Shown piece by piece: positions 9,240 to 18,102 of a stretch of 32,000 nt of DNA. The first letter of the stretch is position 1, and each line of letters begins with the position of its first letter. Origin of the DNA: Candidatus Atelocyanobacterium thalassa isolate ALOHA (GTDB taxonomy: Bacteria; Cyanobacteriota; Cyanobacteriia; Cyanobacteriales; Microcystaceae); contig NC_013771.1 in assembly GCF_000025125.1 (NCBI RefSeq), positions 971,949 to 1,003,948 of the forward strand, in the 5' to 3' direction. Both the position numbers and the translations under genes were made by a program. The notes beneath the pieces were generated by a model that worked only from the letters and a program-made list of their open reading frames with translations, did not search any database and had not been told where the DNA came from.

Positions 9240-11129
9240 TTAGTCTAAAAAAGCTAAAGCGTCCTGAATTGTTTTGTTATAAATTATTCGTCCTGCTGTA
9301 GTGCGAATAAATTGAGAAAGAATTTCTCCGTTTAGTTCTCTGACCTTACGTTCTCTGTAATATTTTATTATACTACCATCTTCAGAAGTTTCTGTTTTTA
9401 TTACTTCTTTATCTGGTTTGTCTGTAATAACCTCTTCATAGGGATCTTCACATCGAAGCCAAATATAAGCATGTAAATCAATATTACCTTGCTCATAAGC
9501 TTTAATAGCATCTTCAAAATTAGCGAAATATCTTCCTCCCCCTTTTTGGGCGTCAGGATTTTCTGCTGTAAGATAATAACATCCAAGAACCATATCTTGC
9601 GAAGGAGCAACAATGGGGGCTCCTGTAGCTGGTGATAGAATGTTATGACAAGCTAGCATTAGTAATCTTGCTTCTGCTTGAGATTCTAACGATAAAGGAA
9701 CATGAACTGCCATTTGATCACCATCAAAATCAGCATTAAATGCTGGACAAACCAAAGGATGTAACTGAATAGCTCTTCCTTCAACTAAAATTGGTTCAAA
9801 TGCTTGAATTCCCAAGCGATGCAAAGTAGGAGCACGGTTAAGTAAAACAGGATGTCCCGCAATTACTTCTTTTAGAACATTCCAGATACTAGAATCACCC
9901 TTAATGATAAGCTTTTTAGCAGCTTTAATATTATTTACTAAGCCTAAACGTATTAGACGATGAATTACAAAAGGTTGAAATAATTCGATAGCCATTTCAC
10001 GAGGTAATCCGCATTGGTAAATTTTTAATTTTGGACCTACTACAATTACAGAACGACCAGAGTAATCAACCCTTTTTCCTAAAAGATTTTGACGAAAACG
10101 ACCTTGCTTACCTTCAATAATATCAGATAATGATTTGAGAGGTCTATTATTCGCTCCTACCACTGTACGACCTCTTCTCCCGTTATCAATCAGAGCATCA
10201 ACTGCTTCTTGCAGCATACGCTTTTCATTCCGAACAATAATTTCTGGAGCAAGAATTTCTTGAAGTCGAGCCAAACGGTTATTACGATTGATAACTCTTC
10301 GATATAAATCATTTAGATCAGATGTTGCAAAGCGTCCCCCATCTAACTGAACCATGGGTCGAAGATCAGGAGGAATTACAGGAATTACTTCTAAAACCAT
10401 CCATTCGGCGAGTGATCCAGTAGCAATGAAGTTATCTATTACTCGTAGACGCTTAATTAGTTTTGCTCTCTTTTGCCCTTTACTTTGAGTAATTTCTTCT
10501 CGTAACTTTTCTGCTATTTCTTCTAGATCCATTTCTTGAAGTAATCTATGAATCGCTTCCGCTCCAATACCAACTTCTATTCCATATAGATCTGAGTCTT
10601 CAGCATAAATTTGATCTTCAATTTCAATCCATTGCTCTTCAGTTAATAGTTGTTTATATTGAAGATTGCTAGCATTGCCTGGGTCTAAAACTACGTAAGC
10701 ATTAAAGTAAACAATTTGTTCTACGTCTTTTAAAGCCATATCAAGTAAGATACTCATATAGCTAGGAATTCCTTTCAAATACCATACATGTGTAACAGGA
10801 GCCGCTAACTTTATAAAACCCATGCGATGTCTACGAACACGAGATTCTGTAACTTCAACTCCACAACGTTCACAAACAATACCACGGTGACGAACTCTCT
10901 TATACTTGCCACACCAACATTCCCAGTCTTTTGAAGGACCAAAAATTCGTTCACAAAATAGTCCGTCCATCTCTGGCTTCAAAGTTCTGTAATTGATGGT
11001 TTCAGGCTTCGTCACCTCTCCAACAGTAGTACCATTAGGAAGAGTTCTTTCCCCCCACTGACGGATACGTTCTGGAGAAGCTAATCCAATTTTGACATAG
11101 TCAAATCTTGTATCTTGTTCTGGTTTCAT
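9240..11129 (-). CDS. rpoC1: DNA-directed RNA polymerase subunit gamma (N-terminal half of beta-prime)
   Basis: 629-aa ORF. It has the Zn-finger [23 protein letters not shown] and the catalytic [16 protein letters not shown]. It ends where cyanobacterial and plastid RpoC1 ends, with no beta-prime C-terminal half attached. Confidence 0.97.
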   Translation of the reverse strand: MKPEQDTRFDYVKIGLASPERIRQWGERTLPNGTTVGEVTKPETINYRTLKPEMDGLFCERIFGPSKDWECWCGKYKRVRHRGIVCERCGVEVTESRVRRHRMGFIKLAAPVTHVWYLKGIPSYMSILLDMALKDVEQIVYFNAYVVLDPGNASNLQYKQLLTEEQWIEIEDQIYAEDSDLYGIEVGIGAEAIHRLLQEMDLEEIAEKLREEITQSKGQKRAKLIKRLRVIDNFIATGSLAEWMVLEVIPVIPPDLRPMVQLDGGRFATSDLNDLYRRVINRNNRLARLQEILAPEIIVRNEKRMLQEAVDALIDNGRRGRTVVGANNRPLKSLSDIIEGKQGRFRQNLLGKRVDYSGRSVIVVGPKLKIYQCGLPREMAIELFQPFVIHRLIRLGLVNNIKAAKKLIIKGDSSIWNVLKEVIAGHPVLLNRAPTLHRLGIQAFEPILVEGRAIQLHPLVCPAFNADFDGDQMAVHVPLSLESQAEARLLMLACHNILSPATGAPIVAPSQDMVLGCYYLTAENPDAQKGGGRYFANFEDAIKAYEQGNIDLHAYIWLRCEDPYEEVITDKPDKEVIKTETSEDGSIIKYYRERKVRELNGEILSQFIRTTAGRIIYNKTIQDALAFLD

Positions 11130-11718
11130 GTTTGATAATTTTAAGAATATAAAATTTTTTCCTATCTCTACTAATTACTGCATAACTAATTTTGTAGAAG
11201 ATTTAGTAACGTAATAGAGAGAAATTAATAGTAGTTAGAATAAACTTAAAACTCTAGAGTAAAATAATGAACACTATTTTTTATACTTACACATAATGAA
11301 TAATGACATTTTTAACATTTACTTTTAATTTATAATTAAAATTATTTTAGAAATAGTTAATTCCTAAAATAGAAAGTTTAAATATTAATTGCAGTTTTTA
11401 TTAAAAACCTCCGTTTCAGAATTTTAAGTTTACTCTTTAAGAATATCTACTAAAGATAATACATATTGAATGTAAAATAAAATCAGCCTTTTATCATACA
11501 ATTTTTTAGCTTTTAGAGCAATATTTTAAGTAAGAATAAACAATTAATACTTCTAATATAAATGAAAATATAATCTATAGACTATATAAAAGTTAACAAG
11601 TTGGTTTTTAAACATTCAGCAAAATATTAAAAATAATTACCTTAGATTAGTTTACTCCAAAAAATTACTTAAAGAACTGAGTTAAAGTTAGTATTTCTAT
11701 TATTTATTAGTATGAAAG

Positions 11719-12381
11719 TTATTTATTTTGATTTCTCACTATATTGATACCGTGAGAAGTACCTATACGAATTGCACCTAATTCGTATAAATCTGAGGCT
11801 TGTTTAAAAGTTTGAATTCCCCCAGAAGCTTTGATTCCAATTTTACCAGCGCAAATTTTATTTAAATATTCAATATCGATCTTTGTAATTCCTCCAAACC
11901 ATCCAGTATTAGTTTCTATATATTTAGCTCCGGCATCTGTGCAAACTTCAACGGCTAAATTCTTTTCTGTATTTGTTAATAAATTACTTTCTAAAACTAC
12001 CTTGATTGTTTTTTTTGTTATTTCACATATCGATGATATTTCATCATAAATAAACTTTGAATTACCTGATTTTAATTCTCCAAGATTTATCATGACATTC
12101 AATTCCTTAGCACCATTATCAGACGCTTCTTGTGCTTCATAAAGTTTAACTGATGAAGTAGTAGCACCTGCAGGAAATCCAATTACCGTACATACAGATA
12201 TGTTGGTTCTATGGAGTAGCTGAACTGCTTGAGAGACTGAATTAGGGTATACACATACGCTGGGGAATTTAAAATATTGAGCTTCTTCACATAGTGTTTT
12301 AACATCTTCATCAGTATAATTAGGATTAAGCGATGAGTGCTCGATATAGTCAGCAATATTAATATTTAATTGAGATTCCAT
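11719..12381 (-). CDS. deoC: Deoxyribose-phosphate aldolase
   Basis: 220-aa ORF. The N-terminal IEHSSLNPNYTDEDVKTLCEEA..FPSVCVYP, the Schiff-base lysine context IGIKASGGI and the C-terminal GAIRIGTSHG are typical of class I DeoC. Confidence 0.85.
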   Translation of the reverse strand: MESQLNINIADYIEHSSLNPNYTDEDVKTLCEEAQYFKFPSVCVYPNSVSQAVQLLHRTNISVCTVIGFPAGATTSSVKLYEAQEASDNGAKELNVMINLGELKSGNSKFIYDEISSICEITKKTIKVVLESNLLTNTEKNLAVEVCTDAGAKYIETNTGWFGGITKIDIEYLNKICAGKIGIKASGGIQTFKQASDLYELGAIRIGTSHGINIVRNQNK

Positions 12382-12513
12382 TTAAGTATTTAAGTTGTAG
12401 TTTGAAAAAGTATTTATTTTATAATATGTAAATTTTACTGATAACCTTATTTAAAAAGTATTTGTGTAAATTTTCAGATTTTACAAAATTTATTATATTT
12501 TCAAAGGATAATA

Positions 12514-12678
12514 TTAGAAACGAATAAACTCAATTTTACTATCATTAAAAGTCATACTTAATGGAGCTGGCGTCAACAAATCAGATGTTATAAATGAACG
12601 TGCAATCATTATAAATAAAGAAATTATAAAAATAATAAGAATTAAGAGAGGAGCTATATATTCTCGGAAAAACTGCAT
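12514..12678 (-). CDS. Candidate small membrane protein (54 aa), not in the ORF track
   Basis: ATG at 12678-12676 and TAA at 12516-12514. Translation MQFFREYIAPLLILIIFIISLFIMIARSFITSDLLTPAPLSMTFNDSKIEFIRF has one clear TM helix. A 54-codon stop-free run is uncommon in DNA this AT-rich. No Shine-Dalgarno sequence and no family recognised. Confidence 0.25.
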   Translation of the reverse strand: MQFFREYIAPLLILIIFIISLFIMIARSFITSDLLTPAPLSMTFNDSKIEFIRF

Positions 12679-12855
12679 AAAAATCTAATTGCTAGTACGT
12701 TAGCTAATTATATCAAATTTTTTTATATGTTTGTTTAATTGATTTAGATAAATATAGTGATTGGTATTAACAATAAATATAGTTAAAATTATAAAAAGAT
12801 AATAAGAAATAAGATTTTGAAAACTTTATTTTTTTGTTGAAACTACTAATAAAGG

Positions 12856-14175
12856 TCAAGTTGTTATGCAATCTGAATCTTTTAAAGATAGCCATATTAT
12901 AAATTGTGTTCCTTGATTATTTTTAAAATCAATTGGACTCGACAATTCAACAATTCCGTTCATTTTATTAACTAATTCTTTGACAATTGATAAACCTAGG
13001 CCATTACCTAGTGTACTGTCTTGTGTTTTTGCTCCTCTATAATGCCTCTCAAAAACATATGGTTGATCTTCAATAGGAATACCTATACCTGCATCTTGAA
13101 TGCAAATTCCTTGATATTGTTTATTATTGATTATTTTAAATATTCCTAATTTAATATTCACTTTTCCAGATGAAGGTGTATATTTAATACTATTGTCAAT
13201 TAAATTACTAACTACTTCCCTCAAACCGAAAACATTTGCCAAAACTGGTTGTAAATATTGTGGGGATTCTATTTGCAGAATTATGCTTTTATTCTGTGCA
13301 ATGGGTTTCATCGAAATCAAGATATCTTCTAAAACCTCTGATGTATATATTTCATGTAAATCTAAAGATTGTGATGGAAGTAGAGAAGATAACGAATTTC
13401 TGGAAATAGCCATGGGGCTAGCATTTAAAGGAATAATATCTAAACTGGTATTTATTGAAATTTGATTGGTCTCGAATTCTTGAATTAAATCTTCTAAATG
13501 CTCTCCTTCTCTTACTATATTTTTAACTACGGCAAAACTTTGTTCATCAGATACCAGACGTTTAAGTAATAATTTACCAAAAATTTTTAAGGCTGTTAAT
13601 GGATTTCTTAACTGATGAAATAAATTCTCAAGTCGATCATATTCTTGTTTATGTAATAGCTTTTGTTGATGTAATTGTTTTTTAGAGAATGCTTGACGTT
13701 TATCTAATGAACGTGCGATGGCTAAAGTATTTGCTATCTTTTTGATTTGAGCTAATTCATCCTGTTTCCAAGGGTAATTAAATCTTCTTGTTACTAAAAC
13801 TCCTAAAACCATTCCTTCATATACTAAAGGAAATCCTACTTGATAAGGTTCTGATGCAAAAAGGTTACTACTACTATTATTTATATTAGATAAATCTTCG
13901 GAAATAGATGACAAATCTCCTCTGAAAATTGGTATGGTAGCAATTTCTTTTTCTTCAATACAGTCAATATGATTAGCAAAAGTATTTTTAGTTGTCCCAT
14001 CGGCTGGATAAACAACTATTGGTATAAGATCTATCTGTTGATTATCTTTTTCTGAAGTCAAATATACAGCACTCCACTCCGCTTGTAGAATTTTAGCTAA
14101 AAGGGTGATTTGTGATTGACATAAAGAAATAAAATCTGAACTCGGGTAAGAAATTTTTGCTGTAGCAGAGAACAT
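12856..14175 (-). CDS. GAF-domain sensor histidine kinase, Hik2 / chloroplast-sensor-kinase (CSK)-like
   Basis: 439-aa soluble ORF with an N-terminal GAF-like region. It carries the H box FHQLRNPLTALKIFGKLLLKRL, N box LIDNSIKYT, G1 QDAGIGI and G2 GNGLGLSIVKELV. The size and H-box resemble cyanobacterial Hik2 as I recall it. Confidence 0.75.
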   Translation of the reverse strand: MFSATAKISYPSSDFISLCQSQITLLAKILQAEWSAVYLTSEKDNQQIDLIPIVVYPADGTTKNTFANHIDCIEEKEIATIPIFRGDLSSISEDLSNINNSSSNLFASEPYQVGFPLVYEGMVLGVLVTRRFNYPWKQDELAQIKKIANTLAIARSLDKRQAFSKKQLHQQKLLHKQEYDRLENLFHQLRNPLTALKIFGKLLLKRLVSDEQSFAVVKNIVREGEHLEDLIQEFETNQISINTSLDIIPLNASPMAISRNSLSSLLPSQSLDLHEIYTSEVLEDILISMKPIAQNKSIILQIESPQYLQPVLANVFGLREVVSNLIDNSIKYTPSSGKVNIKLGIFKIINNKQYQGICIQDAGIGIPIEDQPYVFERHYRGAKTQDSTLGNGLGLSIVKELVNKMNGIVELSSPIDFKNNQGTQFIIWLSLKDSDCITT

Positions 14176-14398
14176 ATTTTATTAAGTTTTATCAAGAAGT
14201 AAAAGTTTGTAGCCTAAAAATTAAATGAATTTGTTTTTAATCAAAAAAACATTGTTATAGTAATAATCATAATTTGAATTGCAAGAATTTACAATTTAAG
14301 TAATAAATGCTTGATTTTTTAAAATTAAACAGACATGGTTGGTTCGATTTTTGTAGCTATAACTACAGTCTATGTAGACTAAATAGGAGGTAAGAAGG

Positions 14399-14719
14399 TT
14401 GGCAAGAAAGCGCAAACGTAAGAGTCGCCGTCGCCAAGAGGGGCGAAAAATTCTTGAACTTGTTCCTCAATACAATATTGAGAGCGGTGAAGATAAACCA
14501 GTAACTGCTGCTAGAAAATATATTCATGGAATAGGAATACAAGCACCAGCTTTATTGGTTGTTAGGCGTAACGAACATACTACTGATAGATATTTTTGGG
14601 CTGAAAAAGGTTTATTCGGCGCTCAGTATGTTGAAGAAAATCATTTTTTATTTCCTAGTTTAAAAGAATTTCAGCCACAAGTTCAAAAAATGTCTATGAA
14701 AACTTCTATCATGGGTTGA
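14399..14719 (+). CDS. Conserved cyanobacterial hypothetical protein (DUF3155-like) with a highly basic N-terminus
   Basis: 106-aa ORF starting at TTG 14399, preceded by AGGAGG at 14385-14390 (8-nt spacing). The N-terminus is MARKRKRKSRRRQEGRK. The core RNEHTTDRYFWAEKGLFGAQYVEENHFLFPSL matches my memory of a conserved cyanobacterial family. Confidence 0.6.
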   Translation: MARKRKRKSRRRQEGRKILELVPQYNIESGEDKPVTAARKYIHGIGIQAPALLVVRRNEHTTDRYFWAEKGLFGAQYVEENHFLFPSLKEFQPQVQKMSMKTSIMG

Positions 14720-14786
14720 ATACTCAATAAAACTAGTATGAATAATATTTTTGATATATGGAAAAACGTATATATTGATTGTTTAG

Positions 14787-15302
14787 TTACAAAGAAAAAG
14801 CTTTCTTAAATTGAGCTATTTCATCACGGTGACCTGTCAAAATACAACAAGTAGAGTTGTCTTCTATTTTTTCCGTAGAATGCTCGAAAGATACAGATAC
14901 TGTCTCAATTTTGCATGCTTTCCTCCAATAAAACAAACCTGTTATGGGAGATAAAATTCCTAAGCTTAAGAACATAGGGGTTAGTGGCTGATAAAGAAAT
15001 GATAATATTAGCCCAAGACATAACAAACCAGTTAAAGATAAAATACTTAAGAAAATTGCAAGAAACCAGCTAGGACGGACTGTTCCCTCAAAAACAATTT
15101 TATTTTCTTGATTAGAGGTGACTTGATAGGATCGTTTTTCAAAGTAATTTTTAATCTGTTTTATTAAAAGTACTCTAGAGACTTGTAAAATAAGTTTTTC
15201 TTTTTCCGTACGTTCTTTTACAGAAGCGCGAATAAAGAAAAATAGTCCTATAGTTAGTAAAAGCGTTAAAAAAAAAGTAGAAATTAAAGAAAAATTATTC
15301 AC
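14787..15302 (-). CDS. Membrane protein, possibly CCB1-like (cofactor assembly of complex C subunit B / DUF3529)
   Basis: 171-aa ORF with about 3 TM helices. GLFFFIRASVKERTE and FEGTVRPSWFLAIFL resemble the cyanobacterial CCB1-type family as I recall it. This was not verified by search. Confidence 0.45.
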   Translation of the reverse strand: MNNFSLISTFFLTLLLTIGLFFFIRASVKERTEKEKLILQVSRVLLIKQIKNYFEKRSYQVTSNQENKIVFEGTVRPSWFLAIFLSILSLTGLLCLGLILSFLYQPLTPMFLSLGILSPITGLFYWRKACKIETVSVSFEHSTEKIEDNSTCCILTGHRDEIAQFKKAFSL

Positions 15303-15593
15303 AAAAATTAAAGTAATAGTAACTAGATAACAAATTCAAATAGTTCTGACCTGAATGATTGTAACCTATTAAATATATAAAAAATGACTTTTATTACAAG
15401 TTAAATAAAACTAATTGAGATTTTAAAATATAAATACCTCCAATTAAAAGTAGTTGTTTTTATTAAGTTTTTAATGCTTATATTTAACGTTATCCTTATG
15501 ATAGTGATGGAATACGCTAATGAAGAAAAAATATATATTTATCATAGGCATCTACTAAATGTTATTTTAAAAATTAATATTTAGAATGTAATT

Positions 15594-15632
15594 TTTCAGA
15601 GTAAAAAAATTGAGAATTTTTTTACTCTGAAA
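15594..15632 (-). terminator. Hairpin 37 nt downstream of the 80-aa ORF (terminator candidate)
   Basis: The 16-bp perfect stem TTTCAGAGTAAAAAAA (15594-15609) pairs with TTTTTTTACTCTGAAA (15617-15632), with the 7-nt loop TTGAGAA. The A/T runs lie inside the stem rather than after it. Confidence 0.45.
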
Positions 15633-15668
15633 CGCAAGATTTTTTAATTGATAATACATTCAGCTTAG

Positions 15669-15911
15669 CTATTCCTCGTTTGTCCTAATTTTAACAAAAT
15701 TAAAGATAGAAGTTTTAAAGCTAAGTAAAATAATTAAGCTTAAAACATGAATAAGCCAATGTGAAATTACTAAACTCCAGACGACAAACACTAGAGCGCT
15801 TGAGAAGGCAAGGACTCCAAAAATATCATTGCTAGTACGTTGATACCGTAAGATGCTTCCAATGAAAATTATAAAAAATAGAAGTGGAAAAACATAAAAT
15901 ATCATAGACAA
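15669..15911 (-). CDS. Hypothetical small membrane protein (80 aa)
   Basis: The ORF has two to three hydrophobic helices (MSMIFYVFPLLFFIIFIGSIL... and VFVVWSLVISHWLIHVLSLIILL). A highly improbable hairpin follows it. No family recognised. Confidence 0.45.
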   Translation of the reverse strand: MSMIFYVFPLLFFIIFIGSILRYQRTSNDIFGVLAFSSALVFVVWSLVISHWLIHVLSLIILLSFKTSIFNFVKIRTNEE

Positions 15912-16831
15912 TTATCTTCCAATTTCTTAAATAGTTAAATGTCCATAAAACAATTGCTACTAGGTTTGATGTTTGGACATCTTTATTCTTCAACAATAAT
16001 ATTATCTTATATTAGATTGTAGTAATATAAACTATTTAATTGAGATATCGTAAGAAATCTTCGCATAACTTTAAGTTCGAGTAAATTATTTCAATTGATG
16101 ATATTAATTTTTCCTAAAATCATAACGGTCCATAAAAGTACTACCACAGCACGTTTAACAAAGAATTAGCTTAATTTCCAAGAAAATAAATAATTATAAT
16201 CATCTTGTAATAAGATAATTATTTTTAAATATAAAGTCTTATCGATCAAGACATATTGGACTTAACTAAGAACCAAATAAAAAATCTGTTTAGTAAATTA
16301 TCGAAAAGTTAAAATTAATTATAGAAGACTAAAATAAAAACTTACTTCACATGATTTTACGTATAACAAAAAATATTTTATCAACTTCTTTTTTATCTTG
16401 TCTTTTGTTTTAAAAATTATTTTGATTGTAAATTAAAATAGAACCAAATATTACAGAAAGATCTTCAGCTCACAATCTTATTTTTTATCTATTTTCTTTT
16501 AGTATATAAAAAACAATAATTTTTATAGTTTATTTATCTTGAAAAAGTAAATTTTCAATGTTAGCTTTTCAAAATATTTACATTTACATAAACTTTTGAA
16601 GACTTTATTTATTTTTTGCTAAAAAGGAACTAACGACAGAAACTGTTAGTCTAGTGAAAAGCGTCTATATATACATTTTTTAAAAATTATTTTCAATAGG
16701 TCAAGGCTACAAAAAAAATTCAGAAAAATCTGATATAGTGCGCAATTTATATTAGGATTCTTTATAAAAGTTATTAAGAATTTTATCAAGTAATTGAAAT
16801 ACATAAATTTATAAAGTATGAGGGTATTTTT

Positions 16832-17584
16832 ATGAAATCATTAGTTCGCTGGGGAACAACTATGGGCTTGATAGCAAGCACTCTATTGACATCTTGGTTA
16901 GGAAAGGTGCCAAAAGTTTTAGCTTTGCCTGAAGCTGATATTGTTAAGCTATTACAATCGGTTCCTGTCTTTACTATTACTACGGAAGAAGGAGGTCCTT
17001 TAGTTGCAACAGTGGAAAATAATCAAAAAGTAACACAAGTCTTTATGAGTTTAAAAGATGCTGATGGTTTCTTAGATAAACTTCGTAAGCATCAGCCAGA
17101 TGTCGGAAATAAGGTCAAGGTACAACCTGTTTCTTTAGGAGAAATATATCGTTTCGCTATAGCTAATAATAGTGACACACAAAAAGAACCGCTTCAATTT
17201 GTTTATGTCCCTATGAAAAGTGCCATAGATTCGGCCAAAAAACTTTTAGATACTAAAGGACAGGAATATAAAGGTGGTGTTCCTTTATTTCTTTTGAGAG
17301 GTGGTCCTGAAAATAGTATGTTGACCATTCAACAAAATGATCAAGAAGTTATTCCTCTCTTTTTTGAAGAAGCTCCCATTCAAGCCATCACAGAAAAAAT
17401 GAAGAAGGATCAGCCAAATATTGCTCAAACAATAAAAGTTGAAGTAGTTCCTTTAGAGAATGTAATCGGATTATTGCAAACAAAAGATGATGAAGCACTA
17501 AAGCAAATACAATTAGTGCCATCTGAAGAAACTATTCAGTTTATCCAAAATAAAATAAAACTACAGCAAGCTCAAGAAGGTTAA
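16832..17584 (+). CDS. Tic22-like periplasmic protein
   Basis: 250-aa ORF with a signal peptide ending VLALPEAD. LQSVPVFTITTEEGGPLVA...VTQVFMSLKDADGFLDKLRK...VKVQPVSLGEIYRFA fits the Tic22 family pattern known from cyanobacteria and plastids. Confidence 0.6.
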   Translation: MKSLVRWGTTMGLIASTLLTSWLGKVPKVLALPEADIVKLLQSVPVFTITTEEGGPLVATVENNQKVTQVFMSLKDADGFLDKLRKHQPDVGNKVKVQPVSLGEIYRFAIANNSDTQKEPLQFVYVPMKSAIDSAKKLLDTKGQEYKGGVPLFLLRGGPENSMLTIQQNDQEVIPLFFEEAPIQAITEKMKKDQPNIAQTIKVEVVPLENVIGLLQTKDDEALKQIQLVPSEETIQFIQNKIKLQQAQEG

Positions 17585-17606
17585 AGTATTTAACTACCAA
17601 TTATTT

Positions 17607-17644
17607 ACATTCAAGATATCTTAAAACTGAGAAATCTTGAATGT
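17607..17644 (+). terminator. Weak terminator candidate after the Tic22-like gene
   Basis: The 11-bp stem ACATTCAAGAT (17607-17617) pairs with ATCTTGAATGT (17634-17644) over a 16-nt loop. It lies 23 nt after the stop and is followed by T-rich sequence. An 11-bp stem is only marginally above chance in DNA this AT-rich. Confidence 0.3.
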
Positions 17645-17937
17645 TTACATTTATCTTTCATTATCTATAGGAACCATATTATAAAAAGTAATTTGTTAAT
17701 AAGTATTGAGTACAAGATATAAAATTCAAAAAAAGAAAAATAATAATACTCTCTATTTCTTAGATAAAGGCTTCTATTACAGCTTTTAACTTGTTTTAAA
17801 AGTTTGGCTAAATTCTAGATATAATTAAAATAAGCTGAGTTTCATACAAAAATTATTATAATTATTGATATACTTTTTTAATTTTAAGATAGAAGATATA
17901 TAAATATTTAAAATTTATTTGGACTAATGATAAAAAG

Positions 17938-17953
17938 TAATGATTAATCATTA
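17938..17953. promoter_or_regulatory. Perfect 16-bp palindrome TAATGATTAATCATTA (Fur-box-like) 150 bp upstream of the FAD oxidoreductase gene
   Basis: The palindrome was read directly from the sequence. A third TAATGAT half-site lies at 17925-17931. The halves match the E. coli Fur consensus halves TAATGAT and ATCATTA, but the centre is TA instead of a single A. It could be chance in AT-rich DNA. Confidence 0.2.
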
Positions 17954-18102
17954 GCTTAGTTATTAAGAATATGGGGAAAAACTTGTAATATCTCACTATT
18001 TTTTTAGGCTAAAGAGATAAAAAGTAATATAAATAAATGATTAACTGTTTATACTTATAATCACTAGGTGAGTTTACAATATTTATATTCTAAATAACAA
18101 TT

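Noticed and set aside
9401-9613. 70-aa minus-strand ORF from the ORF track
   Set aside because: It is an out-of-frame ORF inside rpoC1, whose own frame is unambiguous.
11831-12049. 72-aa plus-strand ORF from the ORF track
   Set aside because: It is antisense within deoC, with no motifs.
12405-12474. Imperfect direct repeat (AAAAAGTATTT ... TGTAAATTTT, twice, 48 and 38 bp apart) upstream of deoC
   Set aside because: The shared words are short, low-complexity and separated by a variable gap. It cannot be distinguished from AT-rich background.
13127-13465. 112-aa plus-strand ORF from the ORF track
   Set aside because: It is antisense within the GAF histidine kinase gene. This is a typical shadow ORF.
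15498-15584. 28-aa plus-strand ORF (MIVMEYANEEKIYIYHRHLLNVILKINI) ending just before the 15594 hairpin
   Set aside because: It is very short, has no Shine-Dalgarno sequence, no hydrophobic or recognisable motif, and its composition is typical of random AT-rich sequence. The hairpin is better explained as the terminator of the 80-aa minus-strand gene.
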